A stretch of 32,000 nucleotides of DNA from Candidatus Saccharimonadota bacterium (lineage in GTDB: Bacteria; Patescibacteriota; Saccharimonadia; Saccharimonadales; Saccharimonadaceae). The notes beneath the pieces were generated by a model that was given only the letters and a program-made list of their open reading frames with translations, did not search any database and was not told where the DNA came from. Shown one piece after another: positions 24,544-31,041 of this stretch (positions within the stretch are counted from its first letter, which is position 1; every line of letters begins with the position of its first letter). The position numbers were made by a program, and so were the translations under genes. Location: contig CP060232.1 of NCBI GenBank assembly GCA_023898645.1, positions 420,001-452,000 of the forward strand. Direction: 5' to 3'.

Positions 24544-24956
24544 TGATAAACGGACAGCGACTTATTGAACTGGTAAAACAGGAGCGATTTCCTGACGGTT
24601 CGTTTGTTATCTTCGGTAGCGGTCCATTGGCGCTGGCGGGCATTCGTCCCGTGATGGATATCGATATCGTCGTCACTGATGATTTATATAAAGATCTTAA
24701 GCGGAGGGGCTGGCGAGAGAAGATAGGGTTGAATGGTGATAAGATGATTTGCCATGATGTGTTTGAAGCGAGCACAAGTTGGCAATTCGGTGAATATCGA
24801 CCGTCTTTCGACGAATTGCTAGCGTGTGCTGAACGTATTGATGGCGTTACATTTTTACCTCTTGGAGAGGTTAAGAAATGGAAATTGGCCATGAACCGAG
24901 ACAAGGACCACGAAGATATACTACTTATTGATAAGTATTTAGCGACTCAGCTATAG
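24543..24956 (+). CDS. small Pol-beta-superfamily nucleotidyltransferase-fold protein
   Basis: The start overlaps the upstream stop (TGATG). It has the GS-x11-DxD pattern GSGPLALAGIRPVMDIDIV. Confidence 0.6.
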   Translation: MINGQRLIELVKQERFPDGSFVIFGSGPLALAGIRPVMDIDIVVTDDLYKDLKRRGWREKIGLNGDKMICHDVFEASTSWQFGEYRPSFDELLACAERIDGVTFLPLGEVKKWKLAMNRDKDHEDILLIDKYLATQL

Positions 24957-26461
24957 CCAAAGAAGTAATCAACCTTAACTTGGCTGGACGGTACGCCTAG
25001 GTCTATTAGGTTTTCTTTTATAGTGAGTACCATCGGTTGTGGCCCAGATATATAAAACGTTCGCTCCAGGTAGTCGGGGATTGCCGTTTTTATTAGTTCG
25101 GCATTGATTTGACCCGGCCTGACATGTGGTGACGGCAAGGATTTTAATTCATTTACAACGTATGTTGTATCGACACGTACTTTGCGTCGCGCTTCTTCGA
25201 ATACGTCACTGTACGTAACGTCGTCTACGGTACGTTCGCTGTAAATCATCTTTACAGAACGATCGTCGCCGGTGTCGGACAAGTATTTGACCATGCTACG
25301 AAACGGTGTGACGCCGATGCCGCCGGCAATGAAAGCAAGTTTAAGTTTTTTGTCACTAGGCATTGTGAAGTCACCGCCTAATTGACCTGCGGATATAAAT
25401 AAGTCGTCATCGGCTTCTCGGAGTGTTTGCTTAAACGTACTGCTTGGATCGTAGTAGCGGATGCCAAAACGAATGGTGTCTTCGGTTGGCGACGATGCTA
25501 GTGTGAAGTAGCGTCTAAGACCGCGCGAATCGGCCGAAGAGTGAGGTAGGGTCAACTCGACATATTGGCCGGGCTTGTAGTTAAAGGCACGTTCAGGTGT
25601 AAATTCAATATCTTCCGTTCGTTTACCGAACAGATGACGATCTTTTAGGTATAAACGAGTCTTGACCATGGGAGATACTAAGAAGGCAAAAATATTACCG
25701 ACGACAAGCGCCAGCTCGGGTGTAGAGTAAATGGAGCCAACGTGCAGTGCGGGTGCAAATAATATACCGACTATAAGAGCGTAAATGATTCGTTTGCCTT
25801 TTGTCGCAGGCGACGTCCAGGGCTCTGTTAGCATGACAAAAGCTAGGAAGAACAGGGAGGAGTGGAGTATGACGTTCTGAAGTGCTACTCCTGTATCTCT
25901 TCCACTAAGCCAGACGAAGAATAGTGTCGACAGGATCGCCGTCGCTATGAAGGTGAGAACCATGCCTAGTCTGCGTATTTTACGCGAAATAAGGAGGCCG
26001 CCAACGACAACTATCGGCAAGAGTACTGAAGCACCAACCCACCAGCTTGCTGATTCTTGCGGGCCAAATGCAGTTAGTACGACAGCAATAGCCGCAGGGT
26101 TGAATATGTGTTTATAACGTATCGCCAGCAGATACTTCGACGCGATTGCTAGACCGGCCGCTGCCGTAAAAAACGTAATGTCTTTGAACGATGCGGCAGG
26201 CGTGATGATAAGCGACAGTATGAGAGCGGTTAGTATAGACGATTCCCAGTTAGTCGGGGCGTCGAAAACCTTTGCGAACACATAATTAATGACGAGGCAT
26301 GTTATGACGAAATACGACGATGTAAACAATATAGAGTAAGGACTGTACGTAAGCCAGCCAAGTGTGCCGAACAGCATGGCCGCGCCTACGAGTGCAAGCA
26401 GATAATAGAGCAGCAAGCGATACATAGTAATTCGGTCTATAAGTAAGTCTATGAATTTCAT
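24947..26461 (-). CDS. fusion of an NqrB/RnfD-like polytopic membrane domain with an FNR/NqrF-like FAD/NAD(P)H oxidoreductase domain
   Basis: The start ATG overlaps the ApbE stop (ATGA). Motifs: HIFNPAA and MLTEPWTSP (RnfD/NqrB-like), RRYFTLAS (RxY[ST] FAD site), GGIGVTPF (NAD(P)H site). Confidence 0.75.
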   Translation of the reverse strand: MKFIDLLIDRITMYRLLLYYLLALVGAAMLFGTLGWLTYSPYSILFTSSYFVITCLVINYVFAKVFDAPTNWESSILTALILSLIITPAASFKDITFFTAAAGLAIASKYLLAIRYKHIFNPAAIAVVLTAFGPQESASWWVGASVLLPIVVVGGLLISRKIRRLGMVLTFIATAILSTLFFVWLSGRDTGVALQNVILHSSLFFLAFVMLTEPWTSPATKGKRIIYALIVGILFAPALHVGSIYSTPELALVVGNIFAFLVSPMVKTRLYLKDRHLFGKRTEDIEFTPERAFNYKPGQYVELTLPHSSADSRGLRRYFTLASSPTEDTIRFGIRYYDPSSTFKQTLREADDDLFISAGQLGGDFTMPSDKKLKLAFIAGGIGVTPFRSMVKYLSDTGDDRSVKMIYSERTVDDVTYSDVFEEARRKVRVDTTYVVNELKSLPSPHVRPGQINAELIKTAIPDYLERTFYISGPQPMVLTIKENLIDLGVPSSQVKVDYFFGYS

Positions 26462-27204
26462 GATTCGTTTACCTCGAATTTTTTCCATCCGTTCGTCATA
26501 GTGACATTTTTGTTTGCGCTTACCATGTAGCCCTCGTAGCCTTTTAACTTTTCTATAAATTCTATGCCACGCGAGCCCATTGCGAACGCCGCCGTTGCCA
26601 TGCGGTCGGCGTCAATTATGCGCGGCGCGATGACTGACAGTGACACGATATCTGTCGGTGGGTTGCCGGAAATTGGGTCATATATGTGTTGTCCGCGGAT
26701 GGCGGAGCCCGATGTGGCAACTGCATGATTACCGAGCGAAATAATTGAAATATTTTCATGACGATTGAAAGGGTTCCGTATGCCGACGCGCCATGATTGT
26801 TGTTTGTCGTTATTGCCACTTACTTGAATGTCGCCACCCGCTTCTATATAAAAATCATCGCTGAAACTCTGCAAAATACTCGCTGCTCGTTGTATGGCCC
26901 AGCCCTTAACAATGCCCGAAGGGTCAAATGTATGATCATGCCACACGTCAAAATAGCCATCGGTTTCATGTTTTGTATTTTCGGCGAGTTCCAAGATCTC
27001 GTGCATTTCGATACTGTAGTCAGATTCAGTGAGTTCATGGCGGTTTATTTGTGATACCTCGCTGGAGTCTATGTAGGGACTATAGCGCTTATCGACTTGA
27101 TTGAAAAAATCAAAGACTTTTTTGAATGCTACGTCAGAATCTGTTTCATGTGGCGTCATGAGCGTGACGGGCATGCCCATGATTATACGCGTCTCTTTGA
27201 TCAT
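26458..27204 (-). CDS. apbE: ApbE-family FAD:protein FMN transferase (short form, no signal peptide)
   Basis: N-terminal IMGMPVTL, and C-terminal IDADRMATAAFAMG typical of ApbE. ATGA overlaps at both ends. Confidence 0.75.
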   Translation of the reverse strand: MIKETRIIMGMPVTLMTPHETDSDVAFKKVFDFFNQVDKRYSPYIDSSEVSQINRHELTESDYSIEMHEILELAENTKHETDGYFDVWHDHTFDPSGIVKGWAIQRAASILQSFSDDFYIEAGGDIQVSGNNDKQQSWRVGIRNPFNRHENISIISLGNHAVATSGSAIRGQHIYDPISGNPPTDIVSLSVIAPRIIDADRMATAAFAMGSRGIEFIEKLKGYEGYMVSANKNVTMTNGWKKFEVNES

Positions 27205-27701
27205 GCACGCGCCTGAGCTAATGCGTCGCCAAGAGATTCGATAAATGCCTGGCTGGTATCGGTAGCGCCCGATACGCCGTCTACCTGTGCAGATTGGACC
27301 TGGATAGCCTGACTTTTCAATATAGGCATTGCATATTGGTTGATATAAATTGAATTGCTACGATCCTGGGGGTAATCAAGGAAGTCTACGTTAGTGAGCT
27401 TGCCACCAGAAATAGTCGCTTTGACTTGTATGAAACCATAGAATGCATCACTACTTTTTCCGGTGAAGCTACCATCTTTGTATTTGCTCGTAGTCTTTGA
27501 TACCGAACTTGAAGCAACGGGTGTTGACGAGGAGGACGGAGTAGTTGTACTGCTAGCTTTGTTTACGATTGCTTGTGAAGTGGTATTTGCGGACAACTGG
27601 CTAATCGCTTGAGTGCCTTCACTGCGTTGATGAGTACTATATATAACAAAAGTGAACGCCACGAAGGCACCGATTGCTACTTTGGCTATTGTTCTGTTCA
27701 T
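27201..27701 (-). CDS. membrane-anchored FMN-binding-domain protein with a flavinylation motif
   Basis: N-terminal TM anchor, Ser/Thr-rich linker, and VDGVSGATDTS (27252-27281), which matches the NqrC/RnfG-type [ST]GA[ST] site. Confidence 0.75.
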   Translation of the reverse strand: MNRTIAKVAIGAFVAFTFVIYSTHQRSEGTQAISQLSANTTSQAIVNKASSTTTPSSSSTPVASSSVSKTTSKYKDGSFTGKSSDAFYGFIQVKATISGGKLTNVDFLDYPQDRSNSIYINQYAMPILKSQAIQVQSAQVDGVSGATDTSQAFIESLGDALAQARA

Positions 27702-27801
27702 GTCATTAGTAAACTATGTAAAACTTATTTTTTGCTTATATCAAGCCGGTTTGTCAATTTTATTTTGCTACTACTATACATTGTATAGATTTGTTTAATT
27801 T

Positions 27802-27830
27802 TTGGCTAGCATTGACCAACGTATTATAAT
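27802..27830 (+). promoter_or_regulatory. promoter TTGGCT-17-TATAAT
   Basis: Read directly from the sequence, upstream of RBS GGAGGTGA and ATG 27857. Confidence 0.55.
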
Positions 27831-27856
27831 GTGTGAATCCGGAGGTGATTAAAATT

Positions 27857-28273
27857 ATGGAAAAACTGACACATAGAAGTGTGATACGAGCGTTGCAAGA
27901 ATCTTGGGACATAAAAACAAGTTCGATACCAGACGAATGGTCCGAAGCTAATCGTGCTCGTGGGCAATGCGTACCGTCGTCGCTTGTCGTGCAGGATTAC
28001 TTCGGTGGTGAACTGGAGCGTGTTATGGCTACTGGAGACGCACTGAGCGAAAGTCACTATTTCAACAGATTGGTCGATGGCGGGGTTATCGATTCGACTG
28101 CTATGCAGTACTCGATGTATGCTCCTACGAAGTTTACACGTATGCCTGTCGACTTGGCTGCAAAGAACTGCATGACTATACGTGAATATGTGCTGAAAAG
28201 TGAGCAAACTCTTGCTCGCTACGCGTTGTTGAAAACACGAGTAATGGATTTACTTGAAATGGCTGAGGAATGA
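27857..28273 (+). CDS. conserved hypothetical protein (GQC...VVQDYFGGEL motif; possibly YunG-like)
   Basis: Strong RBS. The stop overlaps the next gene's start (ATGA). The family guess is from memory and weak. Confidence 0.6.
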   Translation: MEKLTHRSVIRALQESWDIKTSSIPDEWSEANRARGQCVPSSLVVQDYFGGELERVMATGDALSESHYFNRLVDGGVIDSTAMQYSMYAPTKFTRMPVDLAAKNCMTIREYVLKSEQTLARYALLKTRVMDLLEMAEE

Positions 28274-28776
28274 AACGAAAGAGTATTTCACTTATCGGTA
28301 TGCCTGCATGTGGTAAGTCGACCATCGGGAAAGAGCTGGCCAAGGTGTTGGGCATGCCGCTGCTGGACGTTGACAAGTGGATGGAAGAGAGGGAAGGTAT
28401 GCCACTGCGGGAGGTTATTGAAACTAAAGGCAAGGATTATACTCTTAGACTGGAGACAGACTGCATACGTAGCCACGATTTGCATGACGTTATTCTATCT
28501 ACGCCTGGCAGTATAATTTATAACGACGTGTTGGACGTACTACAGGAACAAACGCACATCGTATGGCTTAATGTTCCGTTCGCTGCTATCGAAGAGCGTT
28601 TAGCGCCAGACGTAGACAATAAGCGGGGGGTTATAGGTCTGAAGGAAAAGGGCTTGAAGAGACTTTTCGACGAACGTACACCATTTTATGCTGAATGGGC
28701 AACAAGCGTAATAGACTGTGGTTCAAAGAGCGCTACCGATATAGTTGATGAGATTGTTGGTATCTTTAGGAAATAA
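28270..28776 (+). CDS. shikimate-kinase-like P-loop kinase
   Basis: Walker A GMPACGKST. The layout matches AroK (LLDVDKWME..., STPGSIIY, VWLNVPF...ERL). Substrate not provable. Confidence 0.65.
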   Translation: MKRKSISLIGMPACGKSTIGKELAKVLGMPLLDVDKWMEEREGMPLREVIETKGKDYTLRLETDCIRSHDLHDVILSTPGSIIYNDVLDVLQEQTHIVWLNVPFAAIEERLAPDVDNKRGVIGLKEKGLKRLFDERTPFYAEWATSVIDCGSKSATDIVDEIVGIFRK

Positions 28777-28780
28777 TGAA

Positions 28781-28805
28781 ACCCCGCATCCATAAGATGC
28801 GGGGT
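28781..28805. terminator. hairpin between convergent genes
   Basis: ACCCCGCATC-CATAA-GATGCGGGGT. T-rich on the minus side. Confidence 0.6.
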
Positions 28806-28819
28806 GCGAGGGGGGCGAG

Positions 28820-29371
28820 TCACGCCATCCAGGCGGGCGCTAGTTCAATGTCGGCTAGTTTGAGGTGTGTTGAGGGTGGTTGTACGCAACATGCTTTTAG
28901 TGATAGCGTATGCCTACCCTCGCTGTCGAACATATAGCCATGGTCGGGGTAGCAAAATATGTTTATGCGTCGTTTTAGTTCTGACGACACAACTCCTGTG
29001 TCTACCTTGTAATATTCGGTAGCAAAGTTTTCGGGCAACCCTACATCCAATTCGACTATATCGATAGTTTTCCAGCGTTGTTCGTGGCTCAAACCGACGA
29101 TTTCGTCAAACATCAAAGCTCCGAACTCCATTTCATCGCGTTTGTTACGATGAAATGTCCTGCACTCAGACGGTTTTATGGTTAGTAGCCCGTCCATAAA
29201 TTCTTGTAGAGCACAATCATCATACAGCCCATCGATTGGACAGACGTGTATATAACGTATCTCTATATATCCCTTTACAGACGGTGGAAAATAATTGTAT
29301 GTCTGAGATTCGCTGACATACACCGATCCATTGCTAGCTAGTGACTCACGAATTGTTGCGAGCAGGCTCAT
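28820..29371 (-). CDS. orphan protein D (183 aa)
   Basis: RBS GGGAGAG precedes the ATG. No recognisable motif. Confidence 0.55.
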   Translation of the reverse strand: MSLLATIRESLASNGSVYVSESQTYNYFPPSVKGYIEIRYIHVCPIDGLYDDCALQEFMDGLLTIKPSECRTFHRNKRDEMEFGALMFDEIVGLSHEQRWKTIDIVELDVGLPENFATEYYKVDTGVVSSELKRRINIFCYPDHGYMFDSEGRHTLSLKACCVQPPSTHLKLADIELAPAWMA

Positions 29372-29450
29372 TTGCTCTCCCTTCTTAGGTACGATGAGCT
29401 ACTTTTATTGTTGCGTACGTCACCGCGATAGTCCGTATGAAATCTAACTT

Positions 29451-29479
29451 TTGACAAAAAGGGCATAAAGATGTATAGT
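29451..29479 (+). promoter_or_regulatory. promoter TTGACA-17-TATAGT for gene E
   Basis: Read directly from the sequence. Its -35 overlaps a minus-strand TTGTCA. Confidence 0.55.
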
Positions 29480-29530
29480 ACCTTTATCGTATCCGTACTA
29501 TGAGCTAGAAGCAAAGAGAAGGATAAGTAC

Positions 29531-29905
29531 ATGGACGCCGCTCTATTAGACAAGGAAGTAACTGCGCCATATCGTGAAGGTCTCTTCAGGCAAGAATGGG
29601 GCGCGTATTCAGACAGGTGCTTGTGGCACATTACGTACATTACTCACTATGGTGTGTCGGGGTGGACGCGTTTTATAAAAATTGGTCTGGTAACAGAGCC
29701 GTTGTATCGCAAGCGTAGCTCGAAGTCGCTTGTTCCGATGCGTGAAGTAACTATACATCCGGAAAGGTGTACGTATACAAAAGCGGTCGACGGGCTGATG
29801 ACAATCTACGAAGGTAGTCGGACGCTTAAGTTATATCCGCCGTCACACCTGGCCGAAAGGCTAGAGGCATGGCTTAATCAGCCATCGGCATTCGGCGTTG
29901 ACTGA
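29531..29905 (+). CDS. orphan protein E (124 aa)
   Basis: RBS GAGAAGGA, with a strong terminator downstream. No recognisable motif. Confidence 0.55.
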   Translation: MDAALLDKEVTAPYREGLFRQEWGAYSDRCLWHITYITHYGVSGWTRFIKIGLVTEPLYRKRSSKSLVPMREVTIHPERCTYTKAVDGLMTIYEGSRTLKLYPPSHLAERLEAWLNQPSAFGVD

Positions 29906-29925
29906 TGCCGTAAGATACAGACAAA

Positions 29926-29978
29926 ACCCTCGAGGCGGGCGGACAGAAATGTCCCTCGCCCGAGGGTGTTTTTATTTT
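29926..29978 (+). terminator. long GC-rich intrinsic terminator
   Basis: ACCCTCGAGGCGGGCGGACA / TGTCCCTCGCCCGAGGGT followed by GTTTTTATTTT. Confidence 0.75.
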
Positions 29979-30201
29979 GTAAAGTAAAGTGCGTTTCCTA
30001 AAGGTGTATGCGAGACGGTATATTCATTTCATAAGCTTGCTCTAAAGTAAAAGCCATATTATGGGACATGTTGCTGGCTGACGAGCCGCAGCAATTTACT
30101 TGAAACTTGACTACAATTCGCGTGGATAGATATGCCCATAACGCAGTGGCGTTGCTCAGCATACCCCGACGAAACCTGTAGTCTTAACAGAAAGGAACAA
30201 C

Positions 30202-30729
30202 ATGAAAGCATTTACCAAATCACTTATAGTAGCGGGCGCCGTAGGGACGGTCGGCTTAGGCACGCTTACGGCGGGCGCAGTCGCTAACGCAGAATCAGGT
30301 ACGGGCAACGGCTCGGGAGGTCCCGCGTCTAGCCTCGTGGGCAAGATTGCTTCGACATTTCATTTGGACAAGTCAAAGGTGCGGCAGGTTTTTGACCAAC
30401 AAAGATCTGAAAATGAGGCGAAGCACGAGCAAAGAGCGGGCGACCGGCTACAAAAGCTCGTAGACGATGGTGTGATTACGTCTGCGCAAAAGAGCGCAAT
30501 TGAGTCTAAGCTGGCCGAGCTGAAGACTGAACGCCAATCTGATCGTGGCACTTTTAGAGATTTGACACCAGCACAGCGCAAGGCAAAAATGGATCAAAAG
30601 CGCAGCGAGCTAGAGACGTGGGCAAAGCAACAGGGTCTTGATCTGAGTAAGCTCATGGGTATCTTTGGCGGTCCCGAGGGTCATGGGCGGCATGGTGGCC
30701 ACGGTACGCCACAGGAATTAGGCACCTAA
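30202..30729 (+). CDS. secreted LTXXQ-motif (Spy/CpxP/ZraP-like) protein with a His/Gly-rich C-terminus
   Basis: Signal peptide ending AVANA. ITSAQ and LTPAQ motifs in predicted helices. Tail GHGRHGGHG. Confidence 0.5.
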   Translation: MKAFTKSLIVAGAVGTVGLGTLTAGAVANAESGTGNGSGGPASSLVGKIASTFHLDKSKVRQVFDQQRSENEAKHEQRAGDRLQKLVDDGVITSAQKSAIESKLAELKTERQSDRGTFRDLTPAQRKAKMDQKRSELETWAKQQGLDLSKLMGIFGGPEGHGRHGGHGTPQELGT

Positions 30730-30752
30730 GCCTGGAACATTCCTCACATCAG

Positions 30753-30777
30753 GAAGCGCCCACCGGGGCGCTTTCTT
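30753..30777 (+). terminator. intrinsic terminator
   Basis: AAGCGCCC-ACCG-GGGCGCTT followed by TCTTT. Confidence 0.7.
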
Positions 30778-30891
30778 TACGAGGCTCAGGGTTCTATAAG
30801 CACAGGCTGTCATACTAATAGTAGTGCTTCGGGTATATACACGAAGCCGCACAGAAGCAGATAAAAATGCAATCCCTCCATATTATTAAAA

Positions 30892-30913
30892 ACGCCCCGC
30901 TTGGGGCGTTTTT
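30892..30913. terminator. orphan bidirectional terminator hairpin
   Basis: ACGCCCC-GCTT-GGGGCGT, flanked by A5 and T4 runs. No ORF of 60 aa or longer upstream. Confidence 0.6.
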
Positions 30914-31041
30914 AAAAAATTATTGTTGCTATGTATTTTATGAGACTGGCTTTTTGGATATCGCAAACCGTTGCCGTTAATAGTATACAATTAAATAACA
31001 TTGATTAATTGTCACAAATAGATTAAAATATATATAGCTTT

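Noticed and set aside
30881-30890. AATCCCTCCAT resembling the tRNA-Gln 3' repeat, as a possible distal att site
   Set aside because: Only about 9 nt match (AATCCCTC plus one further base), and the acceptor-stem part is absent. This is consistent with chance.
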